Assembly (NCBI GenBank): GCA_000165425.1
Contig: CT868049.1
Span: 1 to 64,000 of the forward strand
Reading direction: 5' to 3'
DNA from: Paramecium tetraurelia
Taxonomy: Eukaryota
Length of the DNA stretch: 64,000 nucleotides
In this document: positions 41,450-55,343 of the stretch, in pieces
Numbering within the stretch: position 1 is the first letter of the stretch
How the letters are laid out: each line of letters starts with the position of its first letter
Translations under genes and position numbers: made by a program
Notes under the pieces: model-generated
What the model was told of the DNA's origin: nothing
The model's database searches: none
Seen by the model: only the letters and a program-made list of their open reading frames with translations

Positions 41450-42699
41450 TCAAACTTAAACAACTTCCTTGCTATACTTTTTATGAATACTACTAACAGC
41501 AGTCGACATCCTCCTAATAATCTTCTCGTTCCCCTTATTTATCCTATTGAATGCCTTCTAAGTTTTATTGACAGCCTAAGTGAATGATTCAAATTGAGTT
41601 TGCAATCTTGATTTTATAGGACTGTTCTATTCCGAATCAAATATACTTCTAGTCTTTCTTAGAACTCTCTAAGTTTGAGACCCTTATTTATCCTTTTGAT
41701 TGAAGATCTTCGCCTTCTACCTCGGAGATGATAAGGAATTGGTCTATGACTTATTCAACTTCATTGACGATCTGCACATAATTGTATTCTGATTTTTGTG
41801 AATGATTGCATCTCTTACGAAGTCCTTCTTTGAAGAGCATCCTTCACTCTCATTCATCTGACTCATTACACTTCTTCTCCTTGATTCCAGAGCCACATCC
41901 TTTACTAATGATTGGCATTACTTTTGAAAGTTTTAATAGTATTGCTAAATCGGTACTTTTCTCAATGGAGATCGCTTGTGATTCTTTGAGCCTTACTTCT
42001 CAATTAATCCATGCTATTGAAGAAATTATCGAGCCTTCTTTGTCTCCTCTTCATACTGTTGTATTAGTTATTTTCTTTCTGGAGAAGGACTTGTTTTGAA
42101 TACTGATCGATAGAATAGATTTGTATCATTTTTAGGAGAGACCTCAAAGTTTAAGAATTCTTCTCCTCTTATCATAGGTTCAGTGTCTTTTGGAGATTCT
42201 GGCTAGGATCTTCTTGGCATTTATAGTTACTTCCTTTTGATAGGATCATAATTCTAAGTAGCCAAAAATTATAATTTGAATTCATCATCCAAAATTAGTG
42301 GTTGAGAATTTAGTGACGGCATTTCTTGTTTTGGGATATCAGTTTTAGTTGCAGTATTTTTATTACTCTCTTGGTATTTTTGAGTCTTCTTTATCACTTA
42401 GAGTTTCAATAAGAGACTTCTATCGTTTAGTAAATTTAAGCGATTAATGGAAGATCTTGCATCCACAAAAGTACTGAGTTGTTTCATATCCTCTAATTTC
42501 TTATTAAATTGTTCTTCTCTCTTTGATTCCTTAGTGGTCAACCTAATGTTGTTAGGATTGAATACTTCAATTTCAATTTAGTTTTGTTCATTAGAGATTC
42601 AGCTAGGTTTTTAATTCTATCTTTCCTCTCTTGTTCTTTCTCAATTTGACGAAGGTAGGGTTTAATTTTATCTTCCTAGATTGAATCTGCGTAAAACAT
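41450..42699 (-). CDS. Hypothetical protein (~400 aa), basic, SP-rich
   Basis: MFYADSIQEDKIKPYLRQIE, one 23-nt intron, open to TGA at 41450 in code 6. Confidence 0.75.
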
Positions 42700-42804
42700 T
42701 TATTTTTTAATAATTCATTTATTTTATCAATTATATTCAGCGAATATTATATATCATTCATAAAATATTTTAATATATTTATTGAATAATTTAATTTAAA
42801 AAGA

Positions 42805-44025
42805 ATGTTGCTATCAATTTATAGAAATCACCCCAAAAAGACTTTGTTGTTCTTGATTTTTCTTTTGGGTGGAGTTACGTACAAATTTAGAGCACATTTG
42901 TTTAATGCTTTCTTATAAAAAATGTAAAGCAAACTCACAAAGGAGATGGAATTATAAATGGAAAAAGGGCAGCGAATTAATTCAAAATTGGATAAAATCC
43001 AATAGATTGCTGAGGAATACTATGAGAATAAGGGATTCTTGAATACCATCTCTGAAATCTTAAAATTAGAAGAAATCACTTTGATTGCTAATCAATTACA
43101 ATCGAATAAAGCGCTGACTCAATAATAGAAGGTTGAAATGTATTAAGTCATGGCAGAGTAATTCTTAGCTTTCGAAGTGTAAACTGTTCTCTTCTTAAGA
43201 AAATTCGAATGCCTCCTTCTATTATCTAAAATTCTGATGTTGACAATCAAAATTGAGGACGAGGAAATGTTTATTCACAATCTACTTGAGCAAATTTAAT
43301 TACTCATTTTCAAAGAATAATAACTTCACGTATCTGCCATCATCATAGAATAATACAAGATAAAACCTCAAACATACAAATATAATGAACAAAACAATGC
43401 ATAAGAATTAGTCAAATCCTTGGTGTAAACATGTTAAAGAGAATTTATGGATGATAAATTTCAAAAGAGATTAGAAAATTAATGCAGGGAAGAGTATAAG
43501 AATAAAATGAACTAATTTCAATCTTATTATTAGGGTCAAAATCTGAAGAAATTACAGGAGTAATCAAAATACTTGGTAGAACACCTTTTAAAAATTAACA
43601 AGTCCTTGGGATTGATGGCATTTTCTGATTATGCCACATCTTACACCTTCTAGAAGTTGAACAATAGACTGTTGTTAATTCCTGAAATCAATGACATTAA
43701 TAACTAAATTCTTATGAAGTAATTGGCAAAACATCATAAAGTGATCAAAGAAGAATTCTATGGCAAGGAGAGTATTCAAAGCAATAATAATTATTATTAG
43801 AAAATATTAAAGTAAGGTTTAAAGATTAAGGAAGAGCAATCATCTAGCAACTAAGTAGATAACAATATGGTATTAATACAGAAAGTGTTACATGAGTTTA
43901 AGATTTTTGAAATTCTTAAATAGTCTTAAAATTAAATGATCAAGAAACTAGTATTTGGAAATGAGTTAGATGAATAAGCAAGTTCATAAAAATAATCTTT
44001 GGGTCAATTGATGTAAGGACTTTGA
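42805..44025 (+). CDS. Putative peroxin-3-like protein (406 aa)
   Basis: N-terminus RNHPKKTLLFLIFLLGGVTY (basic patch plus a single TM, like PEX3 RHKKK...LGG.Y), followed by a helical domain with QQKVEMYQVM resembling the PEX3 K.E.W..LK segment. Confidence 0.55.
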
Positions 44026-44482
44026 TTATTCATATATTATTAATAGTGTATTTATTAGTTTATTAATACATTCAATTAATATAAATAGGGCTTATAGAGA
44101 ATGAAATAATATTATTCCCCAAAAATTTATAAACATTCAACTTCTCAATAATAATAAACATGTTAGGTAAATAACTGAGTATGAAAGTGAATTAGAATTT
44201 AATTGATTATTAAGTTATCCATACCATTCTGATCATTATATTCTTTAATATTTTAAATAACTCAGAGATGTAGAATCTGTAATAGTTTCAATTATAGACA
44301 GCATCTAAATTAATTCAATCATTTAGAAATATCCAAAATTAATTAGATCAGACAGCAAGTAATTTGCCTAAATTTTAAAGAAATCTATAATATCTAATTC
44401 ATCGACTATGAATGTGATATCATTATTCTTAATTAAATATATTTGTTTATTTTTATAATTTTAAATTCAAAAAAGAGAAGGT

Positions 44483-47400
44483 ATGAGTTTCCATTAGATC
44501 AATAAAATTATAGAGAAATTACAAAGTTGCAGTTTGGATGTTCAATAGAGTGCAATTCGAAATTTGATATCGAAAATCTAATGTGGGTTGGTTGGGTTGA
44601 ATGAACTATGTGACAAGAATCCAACAATCGGTTGTATACTCTTTAAATGGATCGTTAATCAGTGTATTAACACCTAATTATAGTTGATTAATCAAGTGAT
44701 TGATTTGATCAAGGATCTTTCTAAGGTATGGTTATGTTTAGATAACAATAGCATCATTTAGTTAAACAAAATTTGAAATCAGACATACAAATAATTTGTG
44801 AGTTTAGGAATAAATTGTTACAATACAATTTGCATAACAATAGTTTGGATCTATTGATTCAAAATGTAATGGAAGGAGAATCAATTCAACCAATTCAAAA
44901 TCCTGATAAAATGAACCAGGTAGTGAAGAATTAATTTGACGATTAAATTAAAATTCTTGTTAAACCAGATCATAAGACAATAGAATATGAATACTTCCCA
45001 TTTGTCAAATTAACTGAACAAGATGAGAAGTTCCTTTTTGATATCAGTGTCTAGTTGAAATTTGGGAATAATTAAACCATTTTATTTACAATCAAGGAAT
45101 AACTATGGAGAGCATTAAAAGACTTCCCGATTGAAGTCTTTCGTTCAAGATAGGAAATCATCGAAGAAGTCCTGATTCTATGCAATTCATAAAAAGATGA
45201 GAATATTATATATTACTCGTTGATTGCCCTTCAAAAATTCATAACTAATCTAACCACTAGATTTAGTAAGAATTAATCAGAATAGAATTATAACAAGAAT
45301 CAAGAGGCTTACGTTAAGGATAATAGAGATCACATAGTATATTCATATCCAACTTTGGACCCCTCAGCAGGGTAGCAGAAAATGGAGATCAATCAAAAAA
45401 CCTTGAAGGGTTAAATTGATTTGATAAGCAAATAGATATTGCGTAATTTAACGAAGTTCATGGGGAGAAGAATCAACATCCTTTTCTTGATTGTGAAGTT
45501 ATTAAAGAAAGTCAGTTAGATAAATTAGGATGCAGCATAAGATTCAGTCTTAACCTTAATAAATGAATTAACACAGATATTTGATACAAATGATGAATCC
45601 CTGCATTAATAATAATTAATCCCTTTATATTACATTTCATTTGAACTATTGACCTTATTGCCTGAAGATTTCAAGATGCAGAGCATACCAAGATTTTGCT
45701 CATACTTATTAGAGGCTCAATATGCTAATCTATTTAGCAGTCAATAGATGGAATACCTATTTACTAAAACAAATGCGCTCTGTCCAAATTTAGTTTAAGG
45801 GAAATAGCATCAATAAATAGCTTTGTAAACTTTGGAGTTACTCTTTTCTAATCATTATACTACCCAACATATGAATAAGACTGCATGCGAAGGATATGTG
45901 AAGTAATTAGAAGATTCCCATTACATTCTCAGTCTCTAATTCACAACTAATTAAAGTATACTAAAATATATTAAAATTAGAATCATTTAGAGTACCAAAA
46001 TAGTCAGTATCAATTGAGGAGTTGTCGGTTTTGGAGACAAATATCATTTCACAAAAATAGAGTATCCCTTAGAAATTGGTTTACTTAGATTAGTTAATTG
46101 CAATTCTGATTTATTACTCTAAACAATAGAAGGAATTCTTAAGTTAGGTGTAAGTTAAGGAAAGTCTATTTAAGTCATACATGACAGATTTGTTGACAAA
46201 TGTATAGAAATATTCAAAGGAAAAGTTTGAAAGCTTTAAGAATGAACACAATTATAAGATAAAAGGGGAATTATAGTAATTGTTGTGCAAGGTAAAATCT
46301 AATATTATCTAATAGTTTCTTGATCTCTCTGCAGTCAGTTTATAGATCTTAATGCAAAACTAATTTGATATGGCAATCTACTTATTACAACAAACAAAGG
46401 AGAAACAATCCTAATTGTCTGCATTTAGATACCTTATTGTTGCTGTTCTACAAGAGGAATTGTCTAGCAAGGATCACTTTTACTCATTGTCAAAATTAAT
46501 ATTCGATTATAAAGGTAAATCAGATTAATTCTGGGACAATAATATACCTTTGTAGAACAGAGTTACTCATTTTTTACAATGTTTCTTGTAATTAGTTTTG
46601 GAAGGTTTGAATTATCAGAATTACAAATAGCAATAAATCTACATCAAAAATTCAGGAGACTTCATCTAAAGTTTAGATCTGTTGTTGGCATTGAAAGCAA
46701 ATGAAGTTGATATATCTTATGACAATTGTATTTTGGATGAGTTGAAGTAATTAATGTCAAGCACTCTGTTTCTCTCTTCAGGAAAGACATATGTGTTGAA
46801 TTTGATATCCACATTCAATGAAACCAAATCATTTTGGCTACCTCTCCTGAGTTATGTTCATCAGTGTTTCTTAGAAAATGTTGGAGAAGAGTAGGTGGAG
46901 TATTTAAACCTTTACATCCAATTGTTGAGTGTTGTGAAATAGCATTCTGAAGTGGGCAAATATATTGTGAAATATCAAAGCAAGTACCCATTCAATATCA
47001 AAGTATCTTACTATGTATTGAAATTGTTGAAGAACAACTTGTTAGATCTTCAACCAGATCTACTAAAATACTTACAGTCAAACATCTTTCAGTATTACAA
47101 TCATCTAAATTTTGAGAATTCAAACTGTTTGATCAAATTACTCAAGTTATCAAGATAATTCAATTTATTCTAATCATTAGAACCACTTGACTAGTAAATT
47201 CTATTTTCAAGATTAATTCAATTGACTAAGTCTCACTTGTAAATTATTCGTTTCTTATCACTCAACATTTTGTCATTAAATTTAAAATAACTGAATGCAG
47301 ATCAAATCAATAGAATAGAAGACTAAATGGTCGATGACTTGTACCAAAGTAATGAATCCCAATATATCTACTCTTAATCGATAACTATCATTCTCAAACT

Positions 47401-49365
47401 CAAACCCTTGAAGAAACTCACAAGAGTGATTTCATACACTGAAAATAGATTAAAATCGGATATCGCATCCATTTGTAAAGCTGGACTATTAAGACTTGTT
47501 TATCTGTGTTTGTAATATCATAAGGATGAGGCTATCTAATAAATGTACAACCTATAAATAGATCATCAATGTGCTTAATTCTTAGTCAAATTCAAAAATG
47601 TCGATCAATTATTTTTAACTCTTCATGCTGCTGAAATCCTTAATGTCCTAATGAGACAATCTGTATCTAAGGCACTCTCCATTTTGTAATCTTATAACTT
47701 AGTTGAGACTGCTATTCACTCGATTCATAAATTAAGAAAGTACTTGAATTGCAATCAACCCAATCTAATTGCTGGTATTTTACTATAACTCAGTTTGTTA
47801 TTGTAATTTGCCACTCACTACCATAAAGATTATGTGGAATTCGAGTATAACAAAGCTAAACAAACCAAGCCAAAATGGAACATTGTGTCGGTTATCAGTT
47901 TGGCCCTTCAAAATGATAATTTCAGCATTGATAATAAGATTGGAATAGCAAAAATACTTTAATGCATTTATTAGATTGAATTTACCAAAAGCATAAATGA
48001 TGATCTCATCTATTCATTAACCTCCATTTTCAGACCACTCCAATTAAGTGATTCCCCCAATGAGGAAGACCAATCTGATCTGCAATATCAGTCTATCATC
48101 TAAATATTAAGTGCCATAGTTTCTGTGAGCAATAGTGCTAAACTCATTCTCTGTAAAACAGGAGTGGCCAAAACTATAGCACTCTACGTAGTCAAGGAAT
48201 TGGAGAAGGTGATCAACAAAACCCAATAGAAACCTTAAAAAATGTAATCATCCTAAGTTAAGAATTTGAATACCTCTAATGTCTCATTTGCTCAATAGAA
48301 TTAACTCCAACAATCCCCCATTTTTAAAGTGCATGTAGTGTTCTTGAAATTGCTGTTAAAGTTCTCAGAAGAACAAGAAGATTATTCTCTAAACTCAAAC
48401 TCGTAATTAGTTGAAGTCATAGGATTATGCATCGATGCAATCTTGAAACTCCTCTTCCTAGGGTTTACCACTAATAGCTAGATCTACTTCGAATTGATGA
48501 ATGATATCCTAATCAATTTGGGTAGCAATCAATTGTGGCAGTCACATCTGAGTTAGCAATTGAGTGAATAGAAGTGGCTGTTATTGGTGGAACTCAAAAA
48601 GCACATTTGCAAAGATCAATTGACCTTATTCCAGAATGAAGTGTTACTGAAAGCCTTAGGAATTTTGGGTTAAAATTCAGACGTTAGACAAGTGTACATC
48701 AGAATGAAGATCATTGAAGAAATCTAAGAGAAATTAAATAAAGGTATATATCATATCCTAATATCATTAGTTTGGAGCGATAAGAGGAAATGGCAAACCA
48801 ATACATAATTCAACGCATTGATTGTGCAGTTTATGTTGAGTCTCTCATTCTACAAAGAAACACAATTGAGAATCCTAGCAAATAATTAGTTTGTCAATAT
48901 ATTGCAAGAGATCTTAGTTGATAATGACATCCAATAACCAATATGCCAAGACATTCTGCTTATTTATAGCAATTGTTCATTGAATGGGAAACTGAAAAAA
49001 ATGATCATAAATAATCAACAGCTCTCCTGTTTGGTCATGAACACCATATCTGAGACCACCTTAGGAGCCGATCTCAGATACAGAGCTTCATAATTCTTAC
49101 TGAATTTGATGTATAAGTGTACTCAAGCCGTTTGTGTATTCAACAAGTAAATTAATTGATGTATTGTTGTAGATCACAAGTGTTTGATTGCTTCGAGATG
49201 TCAATGAAGGATAGTTAGAGGTAAATTGATAAGATTCAGTTAACCCAAAATGACAATAATTAATTAATCAGCAAATAGGAAGACAACAACAATAAGATAA
49301 GACATCTACAGAAATTCTTGAATAATGTGAATTAATTACTTAAAATCCTGAAAATAGAATGGTGA
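44483..49365 (+). CDS. RTTN: Rotatin (Ana3), centriole/basal-body ARM/HEAT protein
   Basis: N-terminal IIEKLQSCSLDVQQSAIRNLISKIQCGLV...LFKW and FPFVKLTEQDEKFL...LKDFPIEVF match the rotatin N-terminal motifs. Long Leu-rich helical body with about five short introns. Confidence 0.8.
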
Positions 49366-49567
49366 TTTCCTATAGTTATTTTACAATTTTAATATAAATA
49401 TAACGTCAAATTAACTTGAACAGGTTGGCATGCCCTTGTTTGCGATGATGCAATTGAAATTCTCATGTATCGATAGTTAGTTGACTTGAGTTATAATATT
49501 TTTGGAATTGATAAAATATATCTTAATATATATTCCAATAAAATAAAATTAATTTAAATTTCCTTTT

Positions 49568-52065
49568 ATGGATCAGTTTATAGCTTAGTTGAGTGATAAG
49601 TAAAAAGCATTAGACATAGTGAAGGCAGTGGAAAATAAGTAACTAAATGGTGTCTATTATAGCTAAGACGTGACTGATTTTTTTGAGGCAATGAAGAAAA
49701 TCATGAAAGAGAAGCATCCTCCCAAAGAGTGCTTATATGGGTTGAAAATAGTAAAGGATTGCATTGAGAAATTCAATACTGATTTTAGGAATAAGGTCAA
49801 AAGTGAATTGTTGGAACTTATATACGAAGTGGCCACGTTCAGGATTAAGGACACAGATGATTCGAGAGGGACTACATATTTCAAAAACCCAGAGCACGAA
49901 AAACAGATCGAATAGTATGGAGCAAGTTATATACGATTGGCATTGGATTGCATTAGAGTGTGGGCCCTATGGTTCCCTGACTTCAAAGGGTATGGATAGA
50001 GATTGGAGAAAGAACAAGGATATCTACCAAAAATAAACTATTTCAAGTAGGAATTGATTAATGAACACATCAACAAGAACCAGGTCTCATCAACTCCACA
50101 TGATGATACTGGTTCGATTCAAAATAAGATCAGACAATTGAATTAGTAATTGATTAATTACTTGCAATCTCACACTGAAGTAAATTCCTTCCTCAAGGAT
50201 GAATTGGAGAAGATAAACGTTTAGATTGAAGACTTAGTGGTTTAGGAAGTCTAGGATTAATTTTTAGATGAATTTGTATTAACATATCCAGAATTTTAAA
50301 GCGGAAAAATTTCTTATTAAGAATTTAGAATGCAATTTTTATCAAGTTCTTAATTGAAGAAGGGATCATAAAATATATTAGATGAATCCAATATGTCTTA
50401 ATCAATCAATTAAGCATCTAAAGTCTAGAAACCATTATAATAATAATAGCAATACTAAAGTTCCTATGACTAAAGTTATGTTTTGAAAAATGAACAATAA
50501 AATGAAATCGAATCTCTCAGGAATCAATTACAGGCAGCATAGCAAGAATGTCAAAGATATAGTCAAACTATTTAATAAAATGATAAAAGGACATAAGAAT
50601 TACAACAAGAATTATAGAATTGTAGAGTATAAATTGAGAATCTCAAAAATTAAAGGAAAGAAGAATAATAAAGTCATGATAATACTATATTGAAGGAATA
50701 TTAACAATAGATTGATCATTATAAGAATTTATATGAATTATAATTGAAATAATAAAATTACGAATAATAATAACCATAATACTAATAGTAAGCTCAGCAA
50801 TAATCATAAATTATTTCGTAGTAATAATACGATTAATAAAATCAACAAATTCAAAATTATTAGGAAGAAATAGAAAACCTTAGAGTTTCTTACAATATTG
50901 TAAATGAAAAACTAAAGATTCATGAATAAAAAGGAAATGCTACTTTTAGTGAATATGATTTTATGAATTTGAAGAAGAAATATGATGAATTAGATAGCAA
51001 ATACTTCATATTGAAACAAGAAAACCACAGATTGAAGTAGACAAATTAAGAGTATGGAAATTAATAAGCTAATTAAAGTAGAATTAGTGAAAGCTTTGCT
51101 AGAGAAATAGATTAGAAAGATGAGAATTCCAATGTTGTATTCTTTAATTTCAAAGAAAATGACTTATGGTAGGGAACATAGAATGCAAATTAAAGTCAAT
51201 CTTTAGTGAATTCAAGGATGAGGGACGTTTCAGAATTAATCTACCCTCACAAGACTGCAGCTGAGTATTATAGGTAAAATGGAAAGAAGCAATTTAAAGG
51301 GACTCTGATTAATAGAAGTGCCTTACAATTATAATTGAATCCAGCCAATCTCCTTAATTATAAAAAGGCCAGTTTAAATCAATTAGCCACATTATTTTAA
51401 TCTAATAAAATTGAAATTAAATCAAGATAGTAATTAACTTATGGGCTGAATAAACAAGAATTCATATCTACAACAATCAGCATAAAAAATAAGGAATTAA
51501 AGTCTATTCAACTTCAGATTTTTAACACCAATAAAAACATTTGGTGCAACAAAGAGACTAAAAGCACTCTGTTGTAATCACAGTAGACCATCCTATATGA
51601 GTTTATTCGAGAGGCAAACGTTAAGCTTCATGAATTGAGCTTAATTAAAGTATCTGTGAGGTAATATTAGTCTATTAAATTAGTTTTGAGAATTTCATCC
51701 TTTATCTTCCAAGTTTCTTAAGAAATTGCATACAATATTATCATATTGAAGCTAGTACTTACAAAACAATGAAGAAATAGTTTTAGGGTTCTATTTATGC
51801 AACTCCATTGCTACCCATATCTTGCAAGACAGAGTTAAAACAATTGAGTGAGTAAGGGCAACTGTTGAATTAATGGGAATAGGAGAATGAAGATTTAATA
51901 ACTGAAAGTAAGTATGCCTTCAAAGCTGTGTTATCCAATCAATTAGAATTTTATTTAGAATTGATTATGACACCTTGTGATGAGTTTTTATTCAGGGGAT
52001 TCACCAGTTTCGATGAAGAAACGTTGCAGTTCGTTTTAAATGGACTATCAAATTTATACAGTTGA
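49568..52065 (+). CDS. VHS-like + Gln-rich coiled-coil + adaptin-appendage-like protein
   Basis: N-terminal HPPKECLYGLKIVKDCIEKFNTDF...ALDCIRVWALWF...LEKEQGYLP (VHS pattern). C-terminal YKKASLNQLATLFQSNKIEI...KN...LYLPSFL resembles an alpha-adaptin ear. One intron near 51661-51683. Confidence 0.7.
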
Positions 52066-52132
52066 TTTTGAAGTATATATAATATGAAAAGAAATAGAAT
52101 ATTTATATCAATTAATCAACCTAATTATAATT

Positions 52133-53106
52133 TCAATATATGAAATAGATAATCATAATCCAAATCATAACTTAATATGAATAGCATGAAAATGGTAGGT
52201 AACTCATGACTTTTGGATTCTAACATGCCAAACATGAATTAGTATAAGTCTTTAAACAAGTTAATTTATCATCATCACAATTTTCAGTAGCACAGACTTC
52301 CTAAACAGTATCAGGACAAGTTTCAGGTTTAACGATACTACATTTTTAAGTCACTTCCTCCATGATATTGATAGTTTATATATAGCTAAGATTAATTAAA
52401 ATTGTTTACTCCAAGTAGTCTTGACAACTGCCTTAATAATAGGTGACAACATCTGTATTGGAACATGCTGCACACCAGGATTTGCTCTCAGAGTAGCAAT
52501 CCTAAGTTAAGCAAGGAGATGTAGTTTACGAACAAACAGTTAAACCGTTTTCATTACAGCTGGTTGGTCTATTAGGAGGACAATAGATGATTCTTGATTG
52601 GCTAGTGAATTAAAAGGATACATTACGTTTACTCATTTCTACAATAACCATCATAATAACTCGTCACTGCTGAATTTGCACAAGCTACACAAGAATTTGA
52701 GTATTCCTACTAACAAACTGAGCAATTGGTAGTAGATTCACCACATACCAAATTTTCCTGATTACTACAATCAGTCGAATATCTTGTTTTTTCATCGCAG
52801 TATTTTGTTACTTCTTTTTATACATCCTATTCAGAGGTAGAACGGTAGGTGAAGGTGTTATTGAAATTAATCAATTATTAGCATTCTCCCTCAAAATAGT
52901 ATAGTGTAGTAGAAATTTTACAAGCCTCGCAAGAATTTTAAAATTATTTAGTTATCTATTTAATTAGACCAGATAATTACTTTCTCGTTTGAGCCATAAG
53001 CACAAACAGGATGATATAGATCATCGCAAATTTATAAGGTTTCTGCAGGACAATTCATGAAAGAACTATAAGTTGAAGCTATGCAAAGTATCAAAATAAT
53101 AAACAT
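52133..53106 (-). CDS. Secreted, probably GPI-anchored protein with four Kazal-like domains
   Basis: Signal peptide MFIILILCIASTYS; repeats C..YHPVC...NSCEAC...EGEC, LVC...YSNSCVAC...DGYC, TVC...WCAAC...QGSC, EVC...TYTNSCLAC; hydrophobic C-terminus; three introns. Confidence 0.85.
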
Positions 53107-53942
53107 TAATTTTATTATTATTACTAAATTTAGTAATTCATTTAAATTAAATTTAGGCATAATAAAGTATCATTGAATTAACAATTGAGATTTATTATTT
53201 TTAAATCTGCTATTTAAAATGTTCTCATTAAAATAATTTTGGTTTTTACTAACTTTAATTAATTTATTTTAGAGTATGAATTGAATATAATGTAGTAGGA
53301 AGCAGAGTTCATCAAGTAGAAATATTCAATTATCCTATTTATTTTACTCTACTCTAGAGATTAATGGTCAGATCTATATGGAGCAATTTTCAATGCAAAT
53401 GAAATACACTGGCGGATAAACTTAGGATTATCAAAATTCAACCAAAGGTATTATTTTTATAATTTAGTTAGATATATCCCAGGTTTTCTAAGAGAAATTA
53501 AACAAATGTTAAGGTGTTAAAATATACTCATAGATATTTAAAACATATTTATGAGAAATTCTAAGATTATATTCACACATGATAATGTAGAAAAAATAAA
53601 GTTAGAGAAATCATATGGACTAAAGTTATTCAAAATGGATAATTTGATATAAACCATTTTTTGAAATGATCTCTTTATTTGATCTAGTAATATAATTTTG
53701 AATCATAATTATTAGGATAGTTCATATAAGTTAACTTATACAATCCAATTGATTTGTGTTAATTTGAAGTGTTTGAGTATTTTAGTTGAATGAATTGCAG
53801 GTAACACTACCTGTATTCAATTGATCAATAGAATGGATGATAATTATATTTATATATCATTGAACTGAAATGATAATAGTTAAAAATTGATAAAATGTTA
53901 TCATAATACTATATTCTATAAATAAATAAGTTTAATTTTCTC

Positions 53943-54137
53943 TCAAACCGAAAGACTTCTTTTGTGTTTAATTTCCAAACAACTTGGAACATTCGATTTG
54001 TATTTACACTATAATTAATTGATACCTCCTGCGAGATCGTTGTGATCTTGCAATTGAGCCTTTCTTATGAAACTTGGGGCAAAGTCTCTTGTCTAATTTG
54101 GATTTTCATATCTTCTTTTTAAACTAATACAACCCAT
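53943..54137 (-). CDS. Microprotein (64 aa) with MGC acylation start
   Basis: MGCISLKRRYENPNQTRDFAPSFIRKAQLQDHNDLAGGINQLQCKYKSNVPSCLEIKHKRSLSV-TGA; GC content higher than the flanks. Confidence 0.55.
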
Positions 54138-54419
54138 TATCACTTTTAATTTATTATAATATTGTTTTTCACATTGATTATATCAGTCCAATTATTTACT
54201 GGAATGATTTAATTTGGCTTCTAAGTTGTCAAGAATAGGTTTATTTGCAGACATAAATAAAAAATCAATCCTTTCACTGTGGTTATTGCTGATGTAGTAG
54301 AATACTTAGGAATATTGTCTTAGATGTTTAAAGATAGTGATAAAGTGTGATATTTAATTAAAAATGTTTAGTACAAAACTTAAAAATATAAAATATTAAG
54401 TTTTCAAAAATAAGAATAG

Positions 54420-54638
54420 ATGGGATGTGTAACTTAGAGACAAAAGAAGGATTTTATCTTTTCTACAATTCCCGTATAAGAATAACGAGAGGAGGATCTA
54501 GACGAGTGGACAAAAGTCATTCAAAAGTAGCAGGGCAGGCATGGGAATCATTCAGGAAGGGCGATTCTGACTAAAAGCAAAACTCTATCAGCTAGATATC
54601 ATCAACCTCTGGAACAAATTGATGAAGAAGAAGTGTGA
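54420..54638 (+). CDS. Microprotein (72 aa) with MGC acylation start
   Basis: MGCVTQRQKKDFIFSTIPVQEQREEDLDEWTKVIQKQQGRHGNHSGRAILTKSKTLSARYHQPLEQIDEEEV-TGA; GC content higher than the flanks. Confidence 0.65.
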
Positions 54639-55343
54639 GTAGTTCTGATTTTTATATTTCTCAATTTCCTTCATTTTTACCAATAACCTGAATAGAATAT
54701 CGTCTTCGATCGAATAATGATATTTAAATATGTTGCATCATAATAATATGACATAATTGGAATTGCTTTTAAGATTTTCGTTGTTTAATTAAATCATAAA
54801 GTTTATGTATATTCACATATAAATTTGAGAGTAACTAATTCTCCCATTATTTATGTCAGAGTCCTTAATAACTAGCTGATAGATACATTATACTTGTTAA
54901 CCACACGTAATAGACGTAATTACCAGTTGAATTTGAAGGATTTTAAAAAATAGATAATTCAGTGTTTATCAATTCGCTACATCATCACAATCCAGTCAAG
55001 GTATCAGGTGGAAAAGTATCGAATTTAGAGTTCAAAGAAGTATTACATAAGCTTTTGGGGATGTTGGAGTGGAACTGATATTAATTATCACTAATTATGT
55101 GTTATTTGCAAGATAATTAAATGGTTTTGGATTCTATTTTGTAATCAGTATTTCTGATTTGAATAACTATGAAATTAAATATGTCAATAACTAAGGTTTC
55201 AACAAAAGAGATTTCAAAATGGAGATGCTAACGTCTATAATTGTAATTACTAAGTTTGCGTAGTTCGATTGCTCGATATTTTAATATCATATCATAATTT
55301 TATATAATATATATAATTATTACATATATATCTTTTAGGGAAA

